The notes under the pieces: generated by a model
Told to the model about the DNA's origin: nothing
Seen by the model: only the letters and a program-made list of their open reading frames with translations
The model's database searches: none
Shown here: positions 44,027 through 62,508 of the stretch, piece after piece
Layout: the number at the start of each line of letters is the position of its first letter
How positions within the stretch are numbered: the first letter of the stretch is position 1
Made by a program: the position numbers and the translations under genes
Assembly (NCBI GenBank): GCA_012295275.1
Contig: CM022674.1
Span: forward strand, 4,216,001-4,280,000
Direction: 5' to 3'
Length of the DNA stretch: 64,000 nt
From: Chrysomallon squamiferum
Taxonomy: Eukaryota; Animalia; Mollusca

Positions 44027-44866
44027 TACTATTATTATTATACTATTATTATTAAAATTAAAATAACTGTTGTTGTTGCTGCTGCTGTTGTTGCTATTTT
44101 GCTGTTTGTCTTTCGTCATTCGTTTAAAAGAGTTGTTACGACTCGGAAGTTTGAAATCAGTGTCGGAAACTAAGACTGCATTACGCGATGCCATCAAATT
44201 AGCTCAACCAGAGAATTATCAGGCATTTTGCGGCGTCTACGCACTCAAAATAGTCGAAATAGTTACCATTCTGAACGCCATTTTAAATGGGTCGTTCAAA
44301 TTAGAACTATTACGATCCCCGAAAAGATCTCGAGAGCTGTAAAGAAGTATCGATTTAAGCGTGTTCGAGTTAACTTCGGTTCTTTGTGTAAATTTGTTTT
44401 AACGTTTTAGACTTTAAGAACGAAAGATTTTAGTGAAATAGGTGGGGATTTTTTTATTTTTATTTCTCTGTGTGTTATTTATTTTCTTATTTTTTTTTTT
44501 TTTTTTTTTGAATTGTATATGTTTTTTTCCGTTCTAGAAAGACTGTATATTTTGGTTTTGGTTTTTTTGTTCGATATTAACAGTGGCAGTAACGTAATGA
44601 AAAAGATGACAGAAATAGAAGTAAACAACAACGTCAAGAAGAAGAAGAACAACAACAAAACTAAAACCAATAAATCAGCAACAACAATATCACAACAACA
44701 ACAACAACAACAACAATAATCAAAATAACAGTAAAGTAATAATAACATTAATTAAAAAAAAAAAAAACAGCCAAATTAAAGTTTGAACCAGTAAATGGAA
44801 AAGAAGGTGGAAAATAAAGATTAAAAGCAAAAAAAATATTCTAAGAAAGAAAGAAAACAGAAAATA

Positions 44867-44946
<80 letters not shown>

Positions 44947-45071
44947 GAAAGTTTGCATGTAAAGTTGTAAAGTTTCAGGGACTATAGAATATAATATAAC
45001 GTCATAAGATAATTATAATAACAATAATATTTCGGTTAATATCCTTGCTTTTCAGGTAAACTGGAATGGTT

Positions 45072-45159
<88 letters not shown>

Positions 45160-45219
45160 CAGAAAGAGAAAAAAAATAAACTACTGGCTCACAAACACTG
45201 CGTTCTAAACATCATTATT

Positions 45220-45770
45220 ATCTTTTAACACCGGGTGATTCTCCGTGAAGACAAACAAGGTGATAAAAAAGGGGCTTGTTTTAGTATTACAAATATCGCC
45301 GACGTTTCTGCGTTTAATGCTCGCGTTCATTAACGGCGCTGCTAAAGCTACAGCGCTCGTCCTTCGTTTTATTACCAGAGGGCCATTACAACGAGTCTGA
45401 CTTGCGATAATCTGTAACACAATTCATTACAATTTTGTGAGTCTTGCACCGCGGCGAAATCGGTCCGGTAGAAACACAGCATAATAAAAAATATATAATT
45501 TTATGACGCATTACAATTTTTATGACTTGTTTCTTCTCGGAAAATGCCATGAAAATTTTCTTCCCCCCTTTTCGACGATGAAAAAAATTTCGGAGAGTTT
45601 TCCGCGCCTGGTTTTACGATCAGAAGCGACAAGACGGGGTTATATGACGTCACGAGGCGAGGGTGTGCGTGTCAGTTGACGTCATAGTTTTTGTCGTGTC
45701 GTGTAAGCGACCAGTAGTTGCCAGAAATATGACCTCATAGATGAATGACGTAATAACGACTGACGAATTA
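45220..45770. promoter_or_regulatory. CpG-rich intronic island with CRE cluster
   Basis: Perfect TGACGTCA at 45645 and 45677, TGACCTCA at 45730, TGACGTAA at 45746. Confidence 0.4.
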
Positions 45771-46011
45771 AATATTTACAAAGACAGAGAAAGGTGGAAA
45801 TATCAAAGACTGTCTGAATGTGCGTATGTGCGTTAAAACAGAGTTACAAAAGAAAAAGAAAAAAGAGAACTTGATAGAGAGAGAGAGGGAGAAGAGATAC
45901 AAAGAAACATATAAGGAGTATATAAAGATAGAGAGCAAGAAAGAGACAGACATATATAGATATACATACGTTGATAACATAAAGAAGAAAAAAGGTCCAG
46001 AATCAAACACA

Positions 46012-46081
<70 letters not shown>

Positions 46082-46783
46082 GTGAGTGAGAGATAGAGAG
46101 ATAAACAGATAGATAATTCTGTTATGTAAAGAAACATATAAAGATTAGAGAGAAACAAAGAAACAGACATATATAGACATAGATATATTGACCAAAAAAA
46201 AAAAAAAAAAAAAAATAAAAATATATAATAATAAAAAAAATAAATTAAAAAGGTTCATAATCTAACAATGTAAAATACTTTTCTTCTGACAAACTCCAGC
46301 AACTCGTATTTTTTTTTTTTTTTTTTTTTTTTTTGTTTTTTAACCCAGGCCCTGGACGCAAAGCAACGAAGCAGGGAAAACGTTAATAATCAGGTTTGAA
46401 CGAAACATCATCTGAAGATGGAAGAGATTCCCCTCGGAGAAAAGCTTTTACGAAAGAAACTGGCTGCAGGTTATTTTTGCAAAAGTAAGCCAGTCATTTA
46501 TTAAATTGTAACCTACCTCTGCTTCAAAGTCTTAAGTGATATAATGCCTTCCACTAATTTGATTTAAAATAGACCTGCGGTGATGTTGGAAGAATTTGGT
46601 AATAAAAAAATGATTTTTAATTCTTTTTTTTTTTTTTTTAATCAGTAATTGTTATGTTTGTTTGGTTAAAGTTTATATGTGTATGAAACAAAATGTGCGA
46701 AATTTTTTTTTTTTTTTTTTTTTTTTGTGTATTTACTTATTAGATTATTTATTTATTTGTTTATTTATTTATTTATTTAGTTA

Positions 46784-46826
<43 letters not shown>

Positions 46827-47121
46827 GTCTATCCATTTTATTTATAATCTGAATATCACATTTAATTTTATTTTATTTCCATCGGGATTGACAATAGGAA
46901 CTGTAGTTTCTATTCTTGTGTATTTCTGGCGACTAATCTTTAATAATAAAGTTTTACAGTAACAAGATGAACGCCGTCATTTTCTGTATTCATACGTGAA
47001 CTAATCGTAGCGTCGTCAATTCTGCACAAATGAAAATATTTTATAAAATGTCGTATTTAGTGACGTGTTTTCAATATTTACTGAGCAATTTTTTATATCT
47101 TTAACTTTTACTTAAAAGCAA

Positions 47122-47154
<33 letters not shown>

Positions 47155-47911
47155 AAAAATAAAATAAAAAATAAAATAAATAAATAAAATAAAAACATAA
47201 AAAATAAATAATAAAAGTAAATAAATAAATAAATCAATCAATAAATAAAAAAAAAAAAAAATAAATGAAATAAGTTAATAAATAAAAAAAAAAAAAAAAA
47301 AAAATAAAAAAAAAAAAAAAAAAAATAAAATAAAATAAAATAAAATAAATAAATAAATAAAAAACATAAAAATAAATAACCAAAATTTTTTTTAAAATCG
47401 CTTCACCTACATTTTTACAATGCACATTCTCTTCCACTTTTTAGAAAACTATTTCCTGAAGCTCGTACAATCGTAGGAAACCAAATTAAGTTAATTACTA
47501 GAAAAAAAAAGAAGAAAGAAAAACTTCTTTCTTAAGTATTACTATCTTAAAACTAATCATATCTGAAGTATTCACAGCACTTCAGATGACAGCTGCGTTG
47601 GTAAGTTTCACTTCTAGATGCCAGCCTAGAATCAACAATGATTTATAAGGATTTGCTAACGTTTTCTCTGTTTCTAGCTACTCATTTTGAAATTCCGTTT
47701 AATTGCGATCTCTACAGGTTTGGAGAGGCGCTAACATGGAGTTAATGGTCGTAATGGACCCTCGTAAAAAAATGTTGATGATGAGCATACGGATGTAGGT
47801 AATGAACGATTTAGTCTCACCTTGGTTTCGTTTAATCCGAGTTTGCCACAGTAATTATATAATACAGCAACATTAAAAATAATGACAGAGAGAGAGAGAG
47901 GGGAAGGGAGG

Positions 47912-48005
<94 letters not shown>

Positions 48006-48037
48006 CAGAGAGACAGAGAGAGAGAGACAGAGAGAGA

Positions 48038-48256
48038 TATGTATGTATGTATGTTTGAATGTGTATATGCATATTTATTACATTATTATTTTTAAATATC
48101 TTTATTGTTATATAATAATTCATTGTTACATAATGTCTGTAGGAAAATATTCTCTTTAAATATTCTGCGCAAACATTGAGATATACAGGTGAACTAATTC
48201 AATTACCAGAATTACATAGCACGTACATTTTCAAATAGATTTGTAAGTGTAATAAT

Positions 48257-48287
<31 letters not shown>

Positions 48288-48382
48288 TAAATAAATAAAT
48301 AAGAGAGAAAAAAAAAAAGAGAGAGAGAAAAATCGTTATACCCCCCAAAAATTAAATAAATTAAAAAAAAAAAAAAAAAAAA

Positions 48383-48419
<37 letters not shown>

Positions 48420-49796
48420 AAATACATATAAATAAAAATGAATAAATAAAAACAAATAATAATACAAACAAATACGTACTTAACGGGTTTTAACACGTAC
48501 AACACACAGAGCGTTAGTTACGTTTCTGGTCGTTTTAAAAAAACAACAACAGCTGAAATGGAAGTTAACTTCGTACGTTTACAAAATTACCCGCGTTCGC
48601 TGGAGCGTAAAAAAGTACCGTTTCAAGCGTGGCCAATTTGTTCAATAGCGAAGAGTTCCCTTGATCGATTGGTTTGGCCTGACCTTCCGCGAACGTGGCT
48701 CTTCTGCGTTGGAGGTAATAAGAAGCATTGAACGCTTTCTTTTGAGGAAATAATGACTCGCCATTATTGTAACTTATTGAAATTAGTATGCCGTCGCCGT
48801 TGCTGTTAATTAAAAGTTTTGGGGGAGACGCAGTATGAATTCACGTGGCGTAGAGGCCGAAACCTCGTTGCCCTGCAAACAACGAAAGATTGATGTCGTC
48901 TTCGGAGGAGAGAAAAAAAAAAAAAAAAAAAGCTGACACGATAAACGACGGGATTTTTTAAGTGGGATTTTTGTCGAATTTTCATATTTCATTAAGTAGT
49001 TAATCAGTCTGTTGGGGTAGTTAGGTGAGTGGGTGGTGTACAGAATTCATTTTGTTTAATTGTTTTTTGTTTTTTTTTTGAGGAAAATTTTGTTCTTTCT
49101 GAAAAAGTCTTTGTACAGAATTCTGTAGTCTTGGTTTCACATTTCACTAAGCATATGATCGGTTTAATTAATTAGTGTAAAAAGATTTTTTTTTTTTTTT
49201 TTTTTTTTGATTTATAATTTTCTGACATGGTGCTAAAATGTCTGCTTCGCTGATAATTTCATGTAAGAAAAAAAAATTAAAAAATAGGAAAGAGCGAAAA
49301 AACGTAACAGAATAGAAATAAAAAAAAATAGAAAAATATTAATTAGAATACCGAAAAAAAAAAAACATTTGTATATATATAATAAAAATAAAAATAATAA
49401 ATTACTGTTGCTGTTATTACTATTAATACTTCTGCTGTTACGTCAATACTACTTTATTACTAGTACAACTAATATATTATATTTATTACAATGACTTATT
49501 ACTATGACTACTATTGCAATTAATACCTTTACTACTGCTGCCTAGTACTGTTACTGATGCAGCTATTAATACAGTTACTACTACTAGTACAGTTACTACA
49601 ACTACTAAGCAACTATTATTACTATTAATTTTACTGCTACTACTACTACTGCCACCACCGCTGCTACTACTACTGCTACATTACTATTACTCTACTACTA
49701 CAATTACTACTACTACTTTTCCTAATAGCACTACTTTTTCTATTTTTACTATTGCAATTACTATTAACACTTTATTAGTATTACTATTGTCCATTC

Positions 49797-49858
<62 letters not shown>

Positions 49859-50110
49859 TCTCTTTTTTTTTTTTTTACTTATTTATATTTATTTTTATTA
49901 CATTTACAAATTTATTTGAAAATTTACGTGTTATGTAATTCTCGTAATTAACTTAGGTCACCTGTCTATCTCAATTTATGCGCAGAATATTTAAAGAGAA
50001 CATTTTCCTACAGACATTATGTAACAATAAATTATTATATAATAATAAAAATATTTTAAAATAATAATAGTAATACACATGCATACATACATAGATACAT
50101 ACATACATAC
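48038..50110. repeat. inverted repeat pair, arms ~48038-48260 and ~49893-50110 (possible long-TIR/fold-back element)
   Basis: attgttacataatgtctgtaggaaaa.ttctctttaaatattctgcgca... is present in opposite orientations; about 15 differences in a ~160-nt core by hand count. Flanked outward by (AG)n on the left and (CT)n on the right. Confidence 0.92.
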
Positions 50111-50175
50111 ATACATGCATGCATACATACACACAAACACACACACACACACACATATATATATATTACTTTCTT

Positions 50176-50292
<117 letters not shown>

Positions 50293-51016
50293 GTCTATCT
50301 GCTCTAACTCTGAGCATTCATGAGTGTGTATGTATGTTGGTTTATACTAGCTGCAAAAGGACAAATCTCCACAAAACCATTTTCAATTACTCCGGCTGAC
50401 TATTTATCCATAGCAAACAGAAACATTCCTCCAATTATCCGTTTTCTATTGTTGTCAGTTGAAGATTGCGGTCAGAGTTTAGTAAATTCGATAACCACCA
50501 ATGGTAATACTAATAGTGTTCAGTTATGTTCAGTACATTCAGAAATATTATAATTAAATCTTCGTGTATTCACTTCGTGGCGAAAATTGTCAATTACAAT
50601 GCTGGTTGTATGTTCTGTGGAATTCTTCAGTGAAAGATTCATATGTGTTTTTGAGTCTATGTCTCATTTCTTTGTCTCTGTTTTGTACGTATATGTGTAT
50701 GTGTGTGTTGTGTGTGTGTGTGTGGTAGACAGATACAGAGAGAGAGAGAGAGACAGCGATATAAAGAGAGACAGAGAGAGAGAAAGCGAGAGAGATGTGT
50801 AAAGACACAGAGAGAGAGAAGGAGAGAGAAATACAGAAAACGCAAGGGATAATAAGGACAAAAGAATGAATGAATAACAAAGAACAAAAGAGAAAGGACA
50901 TAGATACTAACAACAGTTACACACAGAGAGTTTGTTACCTACAGTATCACTCAACAACTACGACAAAACTCACATCCATAACGTAACACATAACTAACGA
51001 CCACCTCTTAAAAATT

Positions 51017-51048
<32 letters not shown>

Positions 51049-51922
51049 CAAAAACTTATAACACAACCTTTGACATAGGGCAATTCATAAAACTGACGAA
51101 GGCCAAAATGTCTGTGAATCTGTTTACAAATTCTGCTAATTATTTTCGAGCCGTCGTTGAAAGGAATCTGGGTAAGGAAGCAAGACTTTGAGCCAGAGGT
51201 GTAATAGCAAACGCTCTCCAGGGAAATGAAACTGCAGCTTCTTTCTTCGCGTTATCTGCGGCCTGGGAAATTACAACAGCATGAAGGCCGTTACAGAGAA
51301 AAATTTATCGTGACAGCCGAAACGTGCCTAAATGTTTGAAAACGATTTAATTTACACAACTGTTTGTTCGGTGATAATAAAACATAAGAAATTTTATACT
51401 TTTGGTGATAAATATATATTTTTTTTTTTTTCCTACTCATTTCGTAGGTAGAGTTAGAGTTGCGATCTGCTTTGAGATTTGTGTTGTCAAGCATTTATGA
51501 GTTTGTTTGCTTTGTGTTTTTTTGTATGTTTAATTAGACTGGGTATGGAAACAGAAATACCGCTGAAGATTATCTCAAAACCCAACGATAAGTAATCACC
51601 TTCAATGAGACTGCGCAAAATGATGATGTGTGAGTATCGTGTTAAAAAAAAAGAAGCTTAAAAGTAATATATTTCCTTTGCTAGTAGTTAATTTTATACG
51701 AGAATAAAAGAAGAAGAAGAAAACAAAGAAGGAATATAAGTTCTGAATATTTTAAAATATAAATATAGAATTATGTCCAATGTTTCTGTTTGTTGCGTCT
51801 TTTTGTCTCGGTTTTATAAATAAATAGAAAGTGAAGTGAAGAAAATATATAAGTAAGTTCAATAACTATTTCTTTAAATTCGTAATTTCATAAAATATTA
51901 ATTTAGAATTATGCCCTATGTT

Positions 51923-51960
<38 letters not shown>

Positions 51961-52216
51961 CCCCGATTTTATAAATAAAGAAAAAATGCGGTAAAAATAC
52001 AATGCAGATGAAAATATGTAAGTGAGTGCGTGCACTATGTCTTTCCTCGGAGTGGAAAGGGTGTGAAAAGGCAATAATGCAAAAGCGACAAATTTCTCTG
52101 AGCACATCTGGTTTGATCAAAAAAAAAAAAAAAAAAAAGTTTTTTTCGTTCTCTAATCTTAAATAACATCTGTGACTTTTACTATGGAAAAAAATAGAAG
52201 AAAAATCCCAGAAACA

Positions 52217-52299
<83 letters not shown>

Positions 52300-52574
52300 A
52301 GAGACATATATATATATATATATATAAAATATATAAAATAATAAAAATAATAAAAACAGTTTTCAGGTCGTACACGCATTCGCTTATTCTTAATGGTTCA
52401 GTTATTTTTATTACCAATATCCTTAAAATTTAGAATTAAAATTAAATCAAATTTAATTTAAATAAATGCAGTTTGAGATTAGTGAACATTTCGAAAATTA
52501 AAACTGCTTTACGTGGGAGAATATTGATTTTTGTCATTTAATTTTAAATTTAAAAGCACACACGAAGATAGAAT

Positions 52575-52665
52575 CGGATTACCAGGCTGCATGATATTCA
52601 GATGAGGTCTAATGAATGCATAAACAAATCAATGAACAAATAAATTCAAAAACATTTGAAGATAT
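52575..52665 (-). mobile_element. decayed CR1/L2-like LINE ORF2 fragment
   Basis: Minus strand reads, with frameshifts, FKC..LFIDLF..FIRPH(L)EYHAAW, resembling the conserved LY..LVRPHLEY...W motif downstream of the RT domain. Confidence 0.4.
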
Positions 52666-53002
52666 AAATAATTTTAATTTTAGAAATGTTCTTTAAACAA
52701 TGGCGCTCCAATAACTGACAAAAATTTAACCTTAAAAAATTAATATTGAATATTTGAGAGAATAAATTATTACTGCAATTCTTTGTAGTCCCGACTGTTA
52801 ACAATAGTTATTTTATATAAAAAAATGTCTTTACGCACTGGACATATCACTAATTACAGACATAGGTTGTTCTAGAATAAAGAACAAAATGTAGAAGAAG
52901 AAAAAGAAAGAAAGAAAGAAAAAGACCCTTAACAAAAATGGCGTATTGGAAAGATTCCATTTGAATGGACCTATCAGTAACCACCGATATACATTATTGC
53001 AA

Positions 53003-53043
<41 letters not shown>

Positions 53044-53080
53044 TAATAATAATATAATAATAATAATAATAGTAATAATA

Positions 53081-53127
<47 letters not shown>

Positions 53128-53147
53128 TAATAATAATAAATAAATAA

Positions 53148-53207
<60 letters not shown>

Positions 53208-53644
53208 AACAAAACAAAAAAATATATATAAATATATATAAAATTTTGCTCCTCTGAAGACTTCATTTGAATGTAAAAATCATGTATTCCGTGTTTGAAC
53301 TGAAAACACAGTTTTCAGCTCTGTCTGTCAAATTTCATTTGGACGTTTTTGCGACTGAACTTTCTTTCTCGTTTTTGTTTTTTGTTTGTTTTTTATTTCT
53401 TCTACTGTGTGTGGTGTGTTTGGAATACAAACAATTTAAAATGGGAAAATCAGGATCCAATGGGGTTTGTGTTTTCTCGTAAAACAACTGTGGCTTGAAA
53501 CCATTAACCTAAACAGCGTGGAAGGGTTCGTAGAGAGAGAGAGAGAGAGAGAAAAAAAAAAAAAAAAAAAAACCCAGAAAAAACCCAGAAAAAAAAGAAG
53601 ATGATGAATTGAGGACATCATTGGGACAGTCGTAAAATAGATGA

Positions 53645-53700
<56 letters not shown>

Positions 53701-53952
53701 AGTTAGAGTATGGGTCGTAAATACTAAAGAGTGTAATTTTGTCTTTCTTTCTTTCTTGTTTTTGTCTTCTTTTTTTTGATGAAGAAAATAAAAGAAAGAA
53801 GAAAAGAAGAAGAAAAACAAAAGGAAAGAAGAAGAAAAACAGAAGGAAAGATTAATGACAGTTGATTAATAGAAGAAAACATTAATTAATTAATTAAATT
53901 ATTTATTTATTATTATTGCTATAGATAACGATGTAATCACTGTGCATGTAAG

Positions 53953-54355
53953 TATGTATGTATGTATTTATTTTGAGGTGTATTTATGTATGTATGTATG
54001 TATGTATTTATGTATGTATGTATGTATATATTTATGTATGTTTGTATGTATGTATTTATGTATGTATGTATGTATGTATTTATGTATGTATGTATGTATA
54101 TATTTATGCATGTTTGTATGTATGTATGTATTTATGTATGTTTGTATGTATGTATGTATGTATTTATGTATGTATGTATGTATTTATGTATGTTTGTATG
54201 TATGTATGTATTTATGTATGTTTGTATGTATTTATGTATTTATGTATTTATGTATGTATGTATGTATGTATGTATGTATGTATGTATGTATGTATGTATG
54301 TATGTTTGTGTATGTAAATATGTATGTCTGTACGTAAGTATGTGTGTATGTATGT
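53953..54355. repeat. (TATG)n microsatellite with TATT/TTTG variants
   Basis: Direct reading. Confidence 0.97.
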
Positions 54356-55457
54356 ACGGACAGTAACATATACGTACAGACATATACACCGCAGACAGCT
54401 ATTTACATTTGATTTCATACAAAAATGAAAAAAGAAAACAAACAAAGAAAAAGAAAAAGAAAAAAGAAAAATCTTCCTCAACTGTCAATATTTTAAATAA
54501 ATGAATTGTATCTCTTCCGTTTATCTCAAATTCCAAAACTGTTTGTGCAGAATTTTATCGATAATTTAATTTACTAAAATCAATAAGACTTTTGAGACTG
54601 GCAGAAAAAAATAAATAAGAATAAGAATAAGAAGAATAAAAAAAAAAAAAAAAAAATTAAAAATAAAAAAAAAAAATAAAATAAAAATAAAAATAAAAAC
54701 AAAAATAAAAATAAAAATAAAAATAAAAATAAAAACAAAATAAAAATAAAAATTAAATTAAATAAAATTAAATTAAATAAAAGTGAATGTTTAAAAATAA
54801 TAAAAAAAATATCGTCTGAAAAATATTCTTATATTTTTAGCTTATTTCAAGACTAAAATATTTCAGTTTCTAAAATATTTGTTTTCAGGAATGTTTCATA
54901 AACCCTAACTTATATTGATTTTATATATGTGTATATATATATATGTGTGTGTGTATATGTCTGTGTCTGTGTCTGTGTGTGTATGTGTGTTTGGTCAGAC
55001 AGACTAAAAAAAAAAAAAAAACCTCAAAAACCCCACACAACAAACCCAATAAATAAACATAAAAACCGAAACCTCTGAAAACCATTCCTAACAGTTCCCT
55101 CAGACGTCTACATCCAACATAAACAGCTCACTCTCGCCAAAAGCAATTATATTCGTGCGCTTTTCTCAAACACTGTTTTTAAATTAAATTTGTTTTACGA
55201 GTCATCTTTTTCAATTAAATCTTCTGACGTGTCTGTTTAAATTCGACATTTCTGTAATCGCCGTCTTTCTCGGCTGATATCTACGGCCGCATGACACCGT
55301 ACTGTAATTAATATGTCAATATTTGAAGTCCGGAGAACTCCGATGTAACACCAGATTGAAGAACGCCATTAAAGTCCAAGTCTAACAGTCCTGTCCATTT
55401 AAGGATTGACACCACACACAAGAAAGATCTGTCTAGCTATCTATCTATCTATATATA

Positions 55458-55544
<87 letters not shown>

Positions 55545-55599
55545 AAGAGATAGACAGACAGACATATATATATATATATAGATATATATATATATATAT

Positions 55600-55760
55600 A
55601 TAGAGACAGACAGAGAGATAGACAGACAGAAAGACAGATATATATGCATACACACATACATTCACAGATAGAGACACGCAGATATAAACACATACGCACA
55701 CATACACACACGCACACACACATATATTGGCAAAGATTTAAATAAATATATATATGTGTG

Positions 55761-55792
<32 letters not shown>

Positions 55793-56184
55793 AACACAGA
55801 GAGAGAGAGATATATTGGGGGGGAAATTTAAAGACAGAAGAGAAATGATATACAGGGTGTCCCAGAAAACAACACCATGAAGATATTTATATATATATAT
55901 ATATAAAAATATATAATAATAATCATAACAAATGCTCAAATTGAGAGCATTGATACATACTTCAATTCTCTTTATAAAACTGTTTTTTAGTTGAGGGTTT
56001 CAGACAGACAGAATTTATGTGTATCTAAATAAAAATCTTCATGGTGAGTGACTTCTGGGACACCCTATATATGCATACATACATTCATAGATAGAGACAC
56101 ACAGATATATACAAACACACACACACACACATATATACACACATATTGCAAAGATTTAAATAAATAAATTCAAAACAACGATAT

Positions 56185-56230
<46 letters not shown>

Positions 56231-56241
56231 CAAAGAGAACG

Positions 56242-56284
<43 letters not shown>

Positions 56285-56430
56285 TATAAACAGTGACCGA
56301 GACACAGAGAGAGAGAGAGAGACAGAGACAGAGAGATAGACAGACAGAGAGACAGATATATATGCATACACACACACATTCACAGATAGAGACACATATA
56401 TATATTGGCAAAGATATAAATAAATAAATC
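55600..56430. repeat. three degenerate direct copies of a microsatellite-rich unit (tatatgcatac..cattcacagatagagacac..tattggcaaagat) surrounding the MITE
   Basis: Unit recurs at ~55640, ~56068 and ~56358. Confidence 0.7.
55853..56067. mobile_element. non-autonomous Tc1/mariner-type MITE (~215 bp)
   Basis: TA+CAGGGTGTCCCAGAA..CACCATGAAGAT at the left end and ATCTTCATGGTG..TTCTGGGACACCCT(A)+TA at the right: imperfect TIRs with a TA target-site duplication and no ORF. Confidence 0.8.
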
Positions 56431-56759
56431 GAAATAACGTCTGACGCAATTTCACAGCATTATGTAATATATTAAAACACGTTTTTTTTTTGTAAACCTT
56501 ACACATTTCGTATAATGTATCTAACACACAAAACCCGTTTTCTTCCACAATGCATGTAATTATGTTACGGGCTAATATTCTTTAAGAGGAATGCCACTCA
56601 GGAAAATGGTGAAAAGTTATTTCAAGCGAAAAATAATAACGCTTGAGGGTCTTCAAAATCAACACACTGCAGAATCTGAAGAAGAGCTTTACTTCGTCTG
56701 TAATGGTGGTATTTATGAAGAAGAAAAAAAATGATGAGAATAAAACAACGAATATCTGT

Positions 56760-59390
<2,631 letters not shown>

Positions 59391-59783
59391 TTAATTTTCT
59401 ATGGATCTCTGTGCTCTCTCACAGAGATAGAAGACATACATTACAAAACCGCGCCTTATACCAATGAGAGAACCCATTTCAAAAACATCTTCAGATTATG
59501 AAATATTTATCAGAAACACTCTGCACTTGCACTAAACAAATATTTCACCTGCTAATAATTATAATTTCATCAACATAATTTGATGTGGTGTTTTTTTTTG
59601 TTATTTTTTTTCTAATAGATCACAAATGATTAAATATGTAGATAGCTGTTCCCTTTTGATTAATTTTATATAAATATTTCGTATTTACACACAGAGATAG
59701 AAGACATAGTTATAAACACATGGGTTGTGCTGATGGCAATTATCATCATCATCATCATTATTATTATTATTATCATTATCATC

Positions 59784-59855
<72 letters not shown>

Positions 59856-60459
59856 GCCCTTTTTTTATTATCATTTCTCTCTCGCTCACAATTTCCTCTT
59901 CCCGAGTAACGTGCGTGATTCATCAACGCTTGCAACAGTAGCGCGATGCATGACGGGAACGTTCAGTACGGCAACTGTGAAGACTTCATAAACGTCTGTC
60001 ATTACGTCGTCCTTGTTATGTCCTAAACTGTTCACGAGCAATTTTATTTTTTTTATTTTTTTTAATATTTTTTATTTTTTATTTTTATTTTTATCATCTT
60101 GACAAGTTTCTTTTCATCTCGTCGTATTGGACGCTTATTAAATCAGAGTACACGAAAAGAGTTTTTACTCGCGATGTCAAAGCGTTTATTTGATTTGTCC
60201 AGATGCTCCACACGAACTGGGTATAAAAGTTTTTTTTAACGGAGGGACGGGTCGGAGAGAAATCGTTATGGAGCTAGGTTCAACAGTAGGCGGGTCAGTC
60301 GAGTACAGAATGCAAGATATATATGTAAGCCACTCGATGCAGAGATATTTATTGACTACAAATGCACCTGTATGTCATCAGTGGCAGTCCTCTTAATGTG
60401 TCTGGGTGTATGAAAACTCCAATGAATCTCGCTTTGGTTTGTAGTTCTCTTTCCCTGTC

Positions 60460-60539
<80 letters not shown>

Positions 60540-60698
60540 GCTATCTATCTCACTTTCTATCTCTCTCTCTCTACAAAAACAACTCTCCCCAAGAGAGCCA
60601 ACCAAAGACACTAAAGAAACGAGACTTAATAATGATAAGAACGATAAACCACATACTACTACTACTACTACTACTACTACTAATAATAATAATAATAA

Positions 60699-60759
<61 letters not shown>

Positions 60760-60828
60760 AAGAATAAGAATAAGAAGAAGAATAACAAAAATAATCAAAA
60801 CAAGAAGTAGCAGAATTATTGTTATTAC

Positions 60829-60864
<36 letters not shown>

Positions 60865-61746
60865 CATCATCATATTCATCATCATCATCGTCATCGTCAT
60901 CATCATCATTATTAAAACACTTACACAAACTGACGTTTGTATCTACTCACTCATCTCTGTTTAACGTAACTCTCATAACACGGAAGACGAGACACATTTT
61001 TGCTTTTTCTTTATTGTCAGAATTTACACGTCTTAAATTCTTTTCTTTCCCCTTCCTCGTTGTAATCAGTATTTGTTTACTTTAAATCCTGCCAGGTTCC
61101 GGCGCATTCAGACTTCATTCTTTTTGTGTCTTCATAAACAGCTCTACGGACTTTATCAAGCGGCTCGCATTTCGTTCCTGCATGAGAGAGCCTGAAAACA
61201 GCCACGTGATGAACTTCCGACGCGAAATAAGATTTTCATTATTTCGAGAGAGTGACAGTTTTGTTAACGTAGTTTTTCAAAACGTAGCGTAATTCAGCAG
61301 TTGATGACAAGACTTCTTAACAAAGATTATAGTTGTGGGGATGGGGGTTTGGAGGAAGTTTTTTTTGTTGTTTGAATCACTTGAATATGCTGTTTTCGTG
61401 AATACTTTCTCTGTAGATGGTTTCGTAAGTGTAATTATATACAGAGAACACTGCAATGCTTTTATTTACTGAATGTGTACAGAGAACATAATCGTTTAAT
61501 GATTCATTTACAGAGTCAGATAGATAGACAGATAGACAGATAGACAGATAAATAGATACATAGATATACAGATAGACAGGTAGACAGATAGACAGATAGA
61601 TAGACTGATAGAGAGAGATAGAAACAGAGAGAGAAAGAAGAAAGAATTTGAAAAGACGTACGTAGGATAACAAATAATTATAGCGCTCAAATCTCCAATG
61701 ATTTAAATAGATTATATATTTATATGTGTATATGATATATATGTAT

Positions 61747-61854
<108 letters not shown>

Positions 61855-62103
61855 TTATATATAAATCTCAATGTATATAATAGATATATATGTATATGTA
61901 TATATATATGTGTGTGTTTGTGTTTGTGTATTAATTTTCCATTTTATTACATATTATGCTTTTTCATTACCAGCTTTGACATGCTTTATCAATTTTTTTA
62001 TTATCGATTATCTGTTAATTAATAAAAAAAAAAAAATAATAAGTAAGACTATTTAAATCGGTTTCGATTGTATCAACAGTTTCCAATTTCTCTTGGCTGA
62101 CAC

Positions 62104-62165
<62 letters not shown>

Positions 62166-62508
62166 AAAAAAAAAAGAAATGCTTTCAATTCCCTGCAGTC
62201 TGTTTTTCCCGTTGCATTACTGAAACGAAGGTTATAAAAGCCTGCGAACAACTCTTCGTTTTGTTTATCGCCGTCGTTTTATATCGGTGAAGAAATTAGC
62301 TGTAAAAACAGTCGTCATTAAAGGCACTGAGACAATTTCCTACCGCTAATTAAAGTTAATGTCGTCATTAGTGTTTAGTGGAATAAAGAATGAAGCAGCA
62401 GCACATACATAAATGATAAGAATGACGTATGGTTCGTTAGATGCTAACAGGTAGTCGTTATGTCCTGCACTTGTTAACACAAGTTTTTCTAACGTGTCCC
62501 TACGTCTT

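Noticed and set aside
44070-44342. 90-aa plus-strand ORF with natural-looking composition
   Set aside because: Starts in a microsatellite, has no known motif and no supporting exon structure.
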